Assembly: GCA_964250935.1 (NCBI GenBank)
Contig: CAXUHM010000010.1
Location: 27,514 to 91,513, forward strand
DNA: 64,000 nucleotides
Direction: 5' to 3'
From: an uncultured Terriglobus sp.
GTDB taxonomy: Bacteria; Acidobacteriota; Terriglobia; Terriglobales; Acidobacteriaceae
Positions within the stretch are counted from its first letter, which is position 1; every line of letters starts with the position of its first letter. The position numbers and the translations under genes were made by a program. Below, in pieces: positions 28,182 to 36,725 of the stretch. The notes below the pieces were generated by a model that had not been told where the DNA came from, did no database searches, and was given only the letters and a program-made list of their open reading frames with translations.

Positions 28182-29456
28182 ATGACCGGCAACGACGCCG
28201 GTTCGGTACCGGTCCTCAGCACGGCCGACCGCATCGCGCTTGAAGCGGCGGCCCTGGCCGCGGGGTTCGACAAGCTCGGCGTGGCAGCCGCACCGGAGCC
28301 GGGATCGGCCGAGGATGCGCTGCAGCAGGCACGCTTTCGCGAGTGGGTTGCCCTTGGCCGCGCCGGGGACATGGCTTGGCTCACGCGCGTCGACGCGGAT
28401 GGGGAATTGCTGCGCTCCAGCCTGCATCGTGCCGTGCCGTGGGTGCGTTCCGTTGTCCTGTGCGCGCAGGTGTACCAGGCAGAGGCGCCGGCCTCCACCG
28501 CACCTGCACCCCCTTCCACGGGCTGGATTGCGCGGTATGCCTGGAGCGGTGCGGGCGCGGTGTCCCCGGCGCACGCGCACGGCGATCCGCCGCTCATGGC
28601 GCGGCAGACGGCGGCAGCTCCCCCGGACCAGCTCACTCCAACCGTGCCTCTCGAATCGCCGGACTCACTCACGCCGAGCGACTACCACGAGGTCATGCTG
28701 CGTCGTCTGCGCCAGGTCGAGCAGGTGCTCCAGCAACGCCATGGCTCGGCCATCCAGACGCGCTGCTACGTCGACACCGGCCCCGTGGTGGAGCGCCATT
28801 TGGCGCAGCTTGCCGGCATCGGCTGGATCGGCAAAAACACCTGCGTGCTCGACCAGCGGCTTGGGTCGTGGATGCTTCTGGGCACGCTGCTGACCTCCCT
28901 TCCTCTGGCTCCGGAGGCGACCCTTTTACCCGCGACCGACCGCTGCGGTACCTGCACCCGCTGCATCGACGCCTGCCCGACCGACGCGCTGGTTGCGCCG
29001 CGCCAGATGGACGCCTCCCGCTGCATCGCCTACCTGACCATTGAGAAGAAGGGAAGTCTGCCGGAGCCGTTGCGCGCGGGCATGGGGCGACAGGTCTTTG
29101 GCTGTGATATCTGCCAGGATGTCTGCCCCTGGAATCGTCGCGCACCGGTCGCGCGCGATCCCGAGATGCAGCCCCGGCCGGAGCTTGTTAACCCATCGCT
29201 GGACTGGCTGGCAGCGATGGACACCCCCGCCTTCCGGCAGACGTTTGGTGGCTCTCCACTGGAACGCACCGGGCGCCGTCGCCTGCAGCGCAATGTGGCA
29301 ATCGCCATGGGAAACAGCCACGATCCGCAGCATCTGCCGCGACTGCGTGGGTGGCAGGCCGGGAGCGACGAACTGCTTGCGGAAGCGGCTTCCTGGGCAA
29401 TCGCGGCCATCGAAAGCAGGCAGCACGGCGCAGACGGTCCCGGCGAGCTCTGCTAG
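28182..29456 (+). CDS. queG: tRNA epoxyqueuosine(34) reductase
   Basis: It shows IGWIGKNTCVL, CGTCTRCIDACPTDA, CIAYLTIE and CDICQDVCPWN. Confidence 0.9.
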   Translation: MTGNDAGSVPVLSTADRIALEAAALAAGFDKLGVAAAPEPGSAEDALQQARFREWVALGRAGDMAWLTRVDADGELLRSSLHRAVPWVRSVVLCAQVYQAEAPASTAPAPPSTGWIARYAWSGAGAVSPAHAHGDPPLMARQTAAAPPDQLTPTVPLESPDSLTPSDYHEVMLRRLRQVEQVLQQRHGSAIQTRCYVDTGPVVERHLAQLAGIGWIGKNTCVLDQRLGSWMLLGTLLTSLPLAPEATLLPATDRCGTCTRCIDACPTDALVAPRQMDASRCIAYLTIEKKGSLPEPLRAGMGRQVFGCDICQDVCPWNRRAPVARDPEMQPRPELVNPSLDWLAAMDTPAFRQTFGGSPLERTGRRRLQRNVAIAMGNSHDPQHLPRLRGWQAGSDELLAEAASWAIAAIESRQHGADGPGELC

Positions 29457-29460
29457 CATC

Positions 29461-30459
29461 GTGAAGATTCGACCGATTGCGACTCCGATGCCCGTGATCC
29501 CCCTCACCCCGACCTCAGATCCGGGCGCCACTAACGTACCGCCGGCAGAAGAGGCGGTGTCCGATCCTGCGAGGCGCGGCGCGACTCAGCCCTGGCCTGA
29601 ACCGGTAGAGGGTGGGACATGGGGACGAATCCGTGCGCTTCTTCGCTATCTGACCCAGACCGACGTGCACACCTACGCCTTTTCCGTCGCGGCCAACCTG
29701 ATCCTTTCGTTGTTTCCGTTCATCGTCCTTCTGCTCACGCTGTCACATCGGGTCTTCCACTCCAACCAGATGGCCTTGGTCGTGGGTCAGCTGATGTACA
29801 GCTTTCTACCCACCGGGCACGACTTCGTCATGCGCAACATGGCCTTGCTGACCCATCCGCGCAAGGGCGCCCAAATCTTCTCTGTCGTCATGCTGCTGAT
29901 CAGCAGCACCGGCGTGTTCCTGCCGTTGGAGGTTGCGCTGAACAGGGTTTGGCGTGCTCCGCGCGATCGCAACTACCTGCACAATCAGATCGTATCTCTC
30001 GGCCTGGCATGCGCCGTGGGCGTGCTGGCCATGCTTTCGGTCGCACTTTCCGCCGGGCAGCAGGCGGTGCTTGGATTCTTGTTCTTTGGGCATACCGATA
30101 ACGTCGTCTTCTCGCTCACCTCCCGCTTCTTTCTGAGCCTGCTCGCGGGCGGCAGCAGCATTGCCATGTTCTTTCTCATCTACTGGATCCTGCCGAACCG
30201 CCGCATCCCGGCGCGTGCCGTGCTGCCGACCGCCATTGTCACCGGCCTGCTGTGGGAGGCTGCAAAGCACCTCTACATTGCCGTCCTTCCGCTGCTCGAC
30301 TTCCAGCGCGTGTATGGGCCGTTCTACATCTCCGTCGGCCTCATGATGTGGGCCTTTTTCTCCGGCCTCATTCTGCTTGCGGGCGCGCACTTTTCGGCAA
30401 CGCGGCACGCACTCCGCATGGCGGAACGGGGTGCCGGCTCGACCGGCGAGGACATCTGA
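29461..30459 (+). CDS. YihY/BrkB (virulence factor BrkB / RNase BN-like) family membrane protein
   Basis: It shows DVHTYAFSVAANLILSLFPFIVLL, LLISSTGVFLPLEVALNRVW and YGPFYISVGLMMWAFFSGLILLAGAHFSA. The start is GTG 29461 or ATG 29488. The track ORF from 29041 overlaps queG. Confidence 0.8.
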   Translation: MKIRPIATPMPVIPLTPTSDPGATNVPPAEEAVSDPARRGATQPWPEPVEGGTWGRIRALLRYLTQTDVHTYAFSVAANLILSLFPFIVLLLTLSHRVFHSNQMALVVGQLMYSFLPTGHDFVMRNMALLTHPRKGAQIFSVVMLLISSTGVFLPLEVALNRVWRAPRDRNYLHNQIVSLGLACAVGVLAMLSVALSAGQQAVLGFLFFGHTDNVVFSLTSRFFLSLLAGGSSIAMFFLIYWILPNRRIPARAVLPTAIVTGLLWEAAKHLYIAVLPLLDFQRVYGPFYISVGLMMWAFFSGLILLAGAHFSATRHALRMAERGAGSTGEDI

Positions 30460-30460
30460 C

Positions 30461-32632
30461 GTGGCGGCGACACCCAGGCACATCACGCAACATCCCACCG
30501 CACGGCTGACCGACCTGCCGGTGCCCGCACACCTGCGGCAGATCGCGCTGGCGACGGTGCTGAGCTTTGGCCTTGCGCTCCTTCCAGGCCGCCTTGGGAC
30601 GCTCTTCGCCGGCCTGCGATGGCTTGTCTTCCTTGCCCTCCTCCTTGCCGCGGGCAGGCACCTGTTCCACCTCGCACAGCGCGGCCTGTTGTGGCGGCTC
30701 AGGAACAAGCTGGTGCTCACCTACCTCCTCATCGGCCTTGCACCGGTGATCCTCTTCTTCCTGCTCGTGTTCGTTTCGGCGTACGTCGCCGCGGGTCAGT
30801 TTGCCATCCATCTTGCAACGTCCCGGCTGGAAGAGCAGATCCGCAGCGTCGCGCAGGACAACCGCTCCGTGATGCGCCACGCCATGGACCTGATGCCGAC
30901 CGGCGAGGTCCCCGCCTCCATGCGCATGCCCGAGGTTGAGGAGCGCCTTGCAGCCAACGGTCCGCCCGGCTTGCAAATGGCGGTCTTCCGCGACGCGCAG
31001 CCGGTGGACGTGCAGGGGCTGGTCGGCCACAAGCGTACACCCCTTGGCTTCGAGCACTGGCTTGCAATCGGTCAGCTTGGCAGCCACCGCTCGATTGTGC
31101 TTGACGAATCGCTGCTCTACCTTGCCGTCAGCGATCGCGTGCGCCTCCCCGGCGATCACATCCTGACCGTCATCTCCAGCGTTCCGCTCAATCGTGACCG
31201 GCTCGCGCTTGTGGCGGAGAACCTCGGCCGCGTCGATCTGCTCCCCGGCCTGGAGACGGAAGCGCTTTCGCCGGAGACGCCATCCACGGACGCTGTTCCA
31301 GCCGGGTCTGTTCCCGTCCGGCGTCCCAGCAATGCGGCTCTGCGCCAATCGCGTATCAGCGGCGGCACGGCGCCGGCAGCGGCCAACTTCCTGGATCTGC
31401 GCGTGCGCTTCTTTTCCACCTTGCCGGTCCGCGACTGGGAAACGGGGCAGCTGCGCGGCATTCCCATGAATGTGGAGTCGCGCCCGTCGCTGCTCTACAA
31501 CCAGCTCTTCTCGGCGGCGCTTACCGGGCGCAATACCGACATGGTGCGCTTCGGCTTCGTCACCGTGTGCCTCCTGTTCACCGCGATGGAAGGTCTCGCT
31601 CTCTACGCCGGGCTCAAGCTGAGTGGCACCATCACGCGCTCGGTTGAAAACCTGTACGCCGCGACCCTTTCCATCGACCGCGGGGACCTGCAGCATCGAG
31701 TCGCGGTGGAGCACGACGACCAGTTGGCGGACCTTGGCCGTTCCTTCAATCGCATGAGCCAGTCCCTGGGTCGCCTGATCGGCCAACAGAAGGAGAAGGA
31801 GCGCATGGAAAGCGAACTTTCCATTGCGCAGGAGGTGCAGGCCAACCTGTTTCCACGCGGCAACGTCGCCATGCCAACACTTGAACTCCACGGCATCTGT
31901 CGTCCCGCCCGCATCGTTTCCGGCGACTACTACGACTTTCTGCCGTTTGAGAAAGAGGTTCACCTCGACGACGGCACACGCTTTACGGAGACGTCCGGCC
32001 TGGGCATCGCTCTGGGCGACATCAGCGGAAAGGGCATTTCCGCCGCCCTGCTGATGGCGACCCTGCACTCGGCGGTCCGCGCCTACCGCTTCGCCAGTGA
32101 GGAGCTGCAGCTTCCGTCTCCCGCCTCGTCGACCGTTGGCGAAGCAGGGGAATGCAGCCAGGTCTTCGAGTCCCCGGCACGTATCCTTGCACTGCTCAAC
32201 CGGCACCTCTACCGCTCAACCACGCCAGAAAAGTACGCCACGCTCTTCCTCGCGCATTACGACCGCGCCGCGTCGACCCTGACCTACGCCAACGCAGGCC
32301 AGCTTCCGCCCTTCGTCCTGCGCAACGACGGATCGGTGGCGCGTCTCGACCGAGGTGGTACCGTGGTTGGCTTGATCGACAACATGACTTACGACGAGGA
32401 GTCCGTCCCGCTCCATCCCGGGGACATCCTGATCGCCTACTCGGACGGCGTCACCGAGCCGGAGAATGACTTCGGCGACTTCGGCGAGGATCGTCTGCTG
32501 GCCGTCGTCCGGCAGTTCTGCCACGAGCCGCTCGACACCATCTCGGCAGAGGTCATGCGCGCCCTCGACGCATGGATTGGCGACGGCGAACAGCCGGACG
32601 ACATCACGCTGGTGCTCGCCCGGCAGCTGTAG
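30461..32632 (+). CDS. membrane-bound HAMP-domain PP2C/SpoIIE-family protein phosphatase
   Basis: N-terminal TM segments are followed by a HAMP domain (ITRSVENLYAATLSIDRGDLQHRV...LADLGRSFNRMSQSL). PP2C motifs follow: SGDYYDF, LGDISGKGISAALLMATL, YSDGVTE and DDITLVLAR. GTG 30461 lies 1 nt after the yihY stop. Confidence 0.85.
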   Translation: MAATPRHITQHPTARLTDLPVPAHLRQIALATVLSFGLALLPGRLGTLFAGLRWLVFLALLLAAGRHLFHLAQRGLLWRLRNKLVLTYLLIGLAPVILFFLLVFVSAYVAAGQFAIHLATSRLEEQIRSVAQDNRSVMRHAMDLMPTGEVPASMRMPEVEERLAANGPPGLQMAVFRDAQPVDVQGLVGHKRTPLGFEHWLAIGQLGSHRSIVLDESLLYLAVSDRVRLPGDHILTVISSVPLNRDRLALVAENLGRVDLLPGLETEALSPETPSTDAVPAGSVPVRRPSNAALRQSRISGGTAPAAANFLDLRVRFFSTLPVRDWETGQLRGIPMNVESRPSLLYNQLFSAALTGRNTDMVRFGFVTVCLLFTAMEGLALYAGLKLSGTITRSVENLYAATLSIDRGDLQHRVAVEHDDQLADLGRSFNRMSQSLGRLIGQQKEKERMESELSIAQEVQANLFPRGNVAMPTLELHGICRPARIVSGDYYDFLPFEKEVHLDDGTRFTETSGLGIALGDISGKGISAALLMATLHSAVRAYRFASEELQLPSPASSTVGEAGECSQVFESPARILALLNRHLYRSTTPEKYATLFLAHYDRAASTLTYANAGQLPPFVLRNDGSVARLDRGGTVVGLIDNMTYDEESVPLHPGDILIAYSDGVTEPENDFGDFGEDRLLAVVRQFCHEPLDTISAEVMRALDAWIGDGEQPDDITLVLARQL

Positions 32633-33847
32633 CTATTTCACGTGGAACGCCTTGATCGCGATGCCGTTCGGCTTTGGCCCCGCCGGCAGCAGCGTAAACA
32701 GCTCCGGCCCCGCATGGTTGCTGTGCGTGCGAAGAATGGCGACGTCCCCGCTGCGCGCATTTACCGCAAGCACCAGGTGCTCGTCCGCGCTCATGGCCAG
32801 CGTATCCGGCCCGCCGCCAGTGGGCACGCTGCCGGCAATGCGGCCATCGTCAATCGAATACAGACTCAGCGAATCCGCGCCGGAGTTGGAGATCCAGAGC
32901 GTGCTGTTGTCGGCGCTCACCATGCCGTGCACCGGCTGGGTCCCGATCTTGTACGTGCCGCCCACATCGTTGGTCCAGGTGCTGATCTCGCTGAACGAGT
33001 CGGAGCCGAAGTTGGACACAAACAGCTCGCCGCCGTCCGGCTTGATCGCCAGGTTCACCGGCTTCTGCCCCACCATCAACCGCGCCAGCAGCCGGTCCTG
33101 CATGCTTGCGCCGTCCTGGCGCGCTTCCCACGACCCTGGTGCCTGCGCCAGCTGCACGGCAAGCACCGTGTGCCCGCCAGAGCACGCCGTAAAGGCTTTG
33201 CTGGACGCCTGCGTCGGGTCGAGCGGCACAATCGCAATATCGCTGGCACCCGGGCAGTCAGCAAACGTCGCCCGCAGCGTCGGTGCAGGCTGGGCACTCA
33301 CGCCATAGATCGAGAGTGTTCCCGCACCGCGATTCGACACCACAAGGCTTCGGCCGTCCGGAGAGATCTTCGCTTCCCCCGGCTGCTCGCCGGCGCTCAC
33401 GGTCGCGAGTTCACGGTGAGCTACCAAGTCGACCACGCTCACGTCGTTGGACCCGCTGTTGACCACATATCCGCGCTCGCCTTTGCTGTCGACGCTGATG
33501 CTGGAGGGCAGTCGATGCAGCGGGATCGTGGCGATCACCGCATTGCGCACCGTGTCGATCACGCTCAGGCTGCCGTTGCCCGCCGCGGTGCCGCTGTTCA
33601 CCACATACACTTCGTTGCGGACCGGGTTTGCCACAACGCCGTTGGGGTTCACCCCCACCCGTAGAACGCGGTCCTGGCGTAGATTCACCAGGTCCAGCAC
33701 GCTGACCGTTCCGCTCTCGCCGCTGGTCACATAGGCGTACTCGCGGTAGTCGGCCGGCGCGTCCGGAAAACGGAGTCTGCTGCAGCCGCCGAGGCACAAC
33801 AGGGGGAGGCAAAGCGCAGGCAGGCGATGGGATGCGGCACGGGACAC
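32633..33847 (-). CDS. YVTN-type beta-propeller repeat lipoprotein
   Basis: The lipobox is LLCLGGCS. Repeated units of the type YVTSGESGTVSVLDL..., NEVYVVNSG...SLSVID and RGYVVNSGSNDVSVVDL are typical of the 40-residue YVTN / cytochrome-d1-like propeller. Confidence 0.75.
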   Translation of the reverse strand: MSRAASHRLPALCLPLLCLGGCSRLRFPDAPADYREYAYVTSGESGTVSVLDLVNLRQDRVLRVGVNPNGVVANPVRNEVYVVNSGTAAGNGSLSVIDTVRNAVIATIPLHRLPSSISVDSKGERGYVVNSGSNDVSVVDLVAHRELATVSAGEQPGEAKISPDGRSLVVSNRGAGTLSIYGVSAQPAPTLRATFADCPGASDIAIVPLDPTQASSKAFTACSGGHTVLAVQLAQAPGSWEARQDGASMQDRLLARLMVGQKPVNLAIKPDGGELFVSNFGSDSFSEISTWTNDVGGTYKIGTQPVHGMVSADNSTLWISNSGADSLSLYSIDDGRIAGSVPTGGGPDTLAMSADEHLVLAVNARSGDVAILRTHSNHAGPELFTLLPAGPKPNGIAIKAFHVK

Positions 33848-33857
33848 AGGTGCAAGT

Positions 33858-34016
33858 CTACCCGTTTGTGCCCTGCGTGCTTTCCTGGTCCTGCTGCCCC
33901 GTGGCAGTCACACGGTTCCACCGCGCAGCCAGCCACGCCACGTAGCTCACCTGGACCGCGATAAAGATGGTGTACGCAATGTGCAGGTACCGCAGGCTCT
34001 CCGCCGAATATTCCAT
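33858..34016 (-). CDS. ccmD: CcmD-like small membrane protein
   Basis: 52 aa: MEYSAESLRYLHIAYTIFIAVQVSYVAWLAARWNRV..., a single TM followed by a basic patch. The ATG shares one nucleotide with the ccmC stop (TGATG). The call rests on position and architecture only. Confidence 0.55.
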   Translation of the reverse strand: MEYSAESLRYLHIAYTIFIAVQVSYVAWLAARWNRVTATGQQDQESTQGTNG

Positions 34017-34714
34017 CAGGCAATCCCGTCCAGCAAACGCAATGCTTGTGCTTCGTTCACCGCTTGTTCCCGCCGCAGGATCGCGTATCGCGCCCACACC
34101 AGGACAGTGCCCCAGATGAAAAACGCCAGCAGGTTCCAGGCAAAGGCCGCCTTCATCACCGGGTCAATCGACCCGTCCCCGGTCAGCACCGGCGCAGGAT
34201 GCTGCGTGCGCCACCAGCGGATGGACATAAAGACAATGGGCACATCCACGCCGGCGAAAATGCTCAGAACAGCCGCAGTCGCGCGGCTTCCACCATCCGT
34301 TGAAAACCGTCGCAGCAGCAGGTAGCTGACGTACAGCAGCAGCAACAGCAGCGTACTTGTGGTCCGCGCATCCCACGCCCACCAGATACCCCAAGCCGGC
34401 CGTCCCCACAGAATGCCACCGGCAAGACCGAGCCCGACGAACAGCACCGTCACCTCCGCAGCCGCCACCGCAAGCGCGTCCGAGCGCTTGGCCCAAAGCG
34501 GATTCCGGCTGCGCAGAAACAGGTATGCCACAGACGCCAGCATGTTTACATATGGTGTAATCTCGCCGACGATGTTGAGCGGCACGTGCCAGTAAAAGAT
34601 TCTTTGCACCGGGCCCATGGTCGCCTCGGTAGGCGCCACCAGGAAAGCCTGGTACAGCCCAAAGCCAAGCAGGCAAAGGGCAAGTGCAGCCAGAAGGTAG
34701 AAAAAAGTCTTCAT
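34016..34714 (-). CDS. ccmC: heme exporter protein CcmC
   Basis: It has the Trp-rich WGIWWAWDARTTS motif, flanking His residues and multiple TM segments. Confidence 0.9.
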   Translation of the reverse strand: MKTFFYLLAALALCLLGFGLYQAFLVAPTEATMGPVQRIFYWHVPLNIVGEITPYVNMLASVAYLFLRSRNPLWAKRSDALAVAAAEVTVLFVGLGLAGGILWGRPAWGIWWAWDARTTSTLLLLLLYVSYLLLRRFSTDGGSRATAAVLSIFAGVDVPIVFMSIRWWRTQHPAPVLTGDGSIDPVMKAAFAWNLLAFFIWGTVLVWARYAILRREQAVNEAQALRLLDGIA

Positions 34715-34799
34715 CGCTTCTCTCTAGTATCGCTCAGGCACTTACTCCCCATGTCGATCTTTCGGCGTACTGCCGCCTGATTTGTACGGTGTTCGGCGG

Positions 34800-35492
34800 T
34801 CACTCCGCATGCAGCACCGTGCCGAATAACAGCAGGGCAACCACGGTAAAAATCACGTCGAAGCCGGCAAGCAGACGGATCCACAGAACCGGATCGAACT
34901 CTCCCGTGATCACCGACGTTGTGGCATTCACCATTGCAAGCAGCGCTGGAATTTCGATCGGAAACAGGATCAGCGGCAGCAGCAGGTCGCGATTGCGGCT
35001 GCGCAGGCTCAGCGCGCTAAAGAAGGTTCCATTCAGCACCAGCGCCCACGTACCCAGTGGCAGCACGGCCCACAGCAGGCTCGCCTGGCCAAGAGGGTGA
35101 ATGTTGTAAAACAGCACAAATACCGGCACCAGCACCGCCTCCACCAGCGTCAGGAACAGGAAGTTCGCCAGCGCTTTTCCCACAAACAGCGCCGACGGCG
35201 GCGCCGGTGAAAGGCGGTGCGCGTCCAGAACCTGGTTGCGCTGTTCTCGTGCCCAACTGCCGTTCAGCGACGTAGTCGCCGCAAACAGAAGCCCGATCCA
35301 CGCCAGCCCGCCGGAAATCTGCCTGGCCAGCGTCGGGTTCGACGTCGGATCGAATGCCAGGGAAAAGACCACCGCAACCAGCAGGGTGAAAAACAGCATG
35401 CCAATCACCGCGTCACGGCTGCGCCACTCCAGTTGCAGTTCCTTGCGCAGGTGCAGGCGAACGATGCCCAGGTAGTGGAGCGCGCTGTTCAC
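34800..35492 (-). CDS. ccmB: heme exporter protein CcmB
   Basis: A 230-aa polytopic protein that aligns by eye with E. coli CcmB (FFTLLVAVVFSLAF..., LLLPLILFPIEIPALL). It lies between ABC ATPase and ccmC genes. Confidence 0.85.
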   Translation of the reverse strand: MNSALHYLGIVRLHLRKELQLEWRSRDAVIGMLFFTLLVAVVFSLAFDPTSNPTLARQISGGLAWIGLLFAATTSLNGSWAREQRNQVLDAHRLSPAPPSALFVGKALANFLFLTLVEAVLVPVFVLFYNIHPLGQASLLWAVLPLGTWALVLNGTFFSALSLRSRNRDLLLPLILFPIEIPALLAMVNATTSVITGEFDPVLWIRLLAGFDVIFTVVALLLFGTVLHAE

Positions 35493-35968
35493 GCGGACGC
35501 GGCTTTCGTCAGGGCGGCAACCCTCGCACCGGTAGCCCGCAGGTAGTCTGCCGGCGTCAGGACCAGCTGCAGGCCTCGCACACCGGCGGAGACACTGACG
35601 GTGTCGAACATTTCCATCGACTCATCGGCGAACGCAGGGAAGTCGCGCTTTGCTGCCATTGCAGTCACGCCACCACGAACGTACCCGGTCAGCGGCTCCA
35701 CATCTTTGAGCGTGGCCATCTCGGCCTTCTTCACGCCGGCCGCAAGGGCAAGTTTCTTCAAATCCAACTCGGCATCGCCGGGCACAATGGCAAACACATG
35801 CGAGCCATCGTTCAAGCGGCACAGCAGTGTTTTAAAGACCTGTTCCAGCGGAAACTCGATCTTGCGCGCGACTGACGCCGCGGACAGATCCTCGGGATCG
35901 ACCACATACTCACGGGTGCTGTACTTGATGCCGAGACGATCCAGCAGGCGCGCAGCATTGGTCTTCAT
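35489..35968 (-). CDS. ybaK: Cys-tRNA(Pro)/Cys-tRNA(Cys) deacylase YbaK
   Basis: It aligns by eye to E. coli YbaK: VFKTLLC versus VYKTLLV, LDLKKLALAAGVKKAEMA versus LDLKKVAKALGAKKVEMA, and TGYVRGGVT versus TGYLVGGIS. There are 4-nt overlaps with ccmA (35965-35968) and ccmB (35489-35492). Confidence 0.85.
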   Translation of the reverse strand: MKTNAARLLDRLGIKYSTREYVVDPEDLSAASVARKIEFPLEQVFKTLLCRLNDGSHVFAIVPGDAELDLKKLALAAGVKKAEMATLKDVEPLTGYVRGGVTAMAAKRDFPAFADESMEMFDTVSVSAGVRGLQLVLTPADYLRATGARVAALTKAASA

Positions 35969-36648
35969 GCGGCGGCCATGCTCGGCTCCGGCACGGCACG
36001 GCCGCGCTCCAGGCGCACCGTGGAATCCACGACGTCCCGTACCAGCTCGTGCTGGTGTGTCGTCAGGATGATCGTGCGCTGCCCGTCACCGCTTGCCAGG
36101 GGCCAGGTCAGCACATCCTGCAGCAGTGCAACCAGGTCGCGCGCTCCACTCACGTCCATGTTTGAGAAGGGCTCGTCCAGCAGGATCAGTTCCGGGTCCG
36201 ACAGCAACACCCGCGCCAGCGACACGCGCTGCCGCATGCCCTGCGAGTACTGCGACAGGGGACGCGTCAGCGTGTGATCCAGGCCCACAGCGCGCAGGGC
36301 CATCTCCGGCGACGCATGGCAGAGCGCGCAGGTCCCGGGGGAGCACCCGAGTTGTGCAAAGTAGCGCAGGTTTTCCGTCGCGGACATCTCGTCGTACAGC
36401 ATCGCGGCATGGCTCATGTAGGCAAGGCGGCTCCGCCGATGCGCCGGAACGTCGCCGAGCACCTCTACCGTTCCGCCGCTTGGCGACACCAGGCCCGCCA
36501 GGATACGCAGCAGGGTCGACTTGCCCGCGCCATTTTCACCCAGCAGCAGGTGCATGCCGCCCGCTGCAAAGCTGCAGGAAACGTGACGCAGTGCAGCAAA
36601 ATTGCCGTAGATGCGGGACACGTTTCGAGCTTCTGCGGCGTACGCCAT
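35965..36648 (-). CDS. ccmA: heme ABC exporter ATP-binding protein CcmA (ABC ATPase)
   Basis: Walker A GENGAGKST, signature YSQGMRQRVSLAR and Walker B LILLDEPFSNMD are present. The ccmA assignment comes from operon context. Confidence 0.8.
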   Translation of the reverse strand: MAYAAEARNVSRIYGNFAALRHVSCSFAAGGMHLLLGENGAGKSTLLRILAGLVSPSGGTVEVLGDVPAHRRSRLAYMSHAAMLYDEMSATENLRYFAQLGCSPGTCALCHASPEMALRAVGLDHTLTRPLSQYSQGMRQRVSLARVLLSDPELILLDEPFSNMDVSGARDLVALLQDVLTWPLASGDGQRTIILTTHQHELVRDVVDSTVRLERGRAVPEPSMAAA

Positions 36649-36725
36649 CGTTGCTGTCAGGATACCGTGTTTGTGGGCAGGCTACCGCGTCTCGGCAGGC
36701 AGACGAACCTGCGGGTGCAGCCACA

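Noticed and set aside
30368-32206. 612-aa minus-strand ORF. Similar long antisense ORFs occur at 4207-5265(-), 12786-13871(-), 24879-25937(+), 26006-27070(-), 36093-37385(+), 36901-37764(-), 38011-38793(-), 43592-45040(+), 48192-49181(-) and 55444-56385(+)
   Set aside because: Each lies opposite a gene with strong family motifs (SpoIIE phosphatase, TetR/AKR, GH38, Gfo/Idh/MocA, GH20, ccmA/ccmE, thiC, uvrA, lpxD and others). Each has the Arg/Pro/Gly/His-rich composition of non-coding frames in high-GC DNA.
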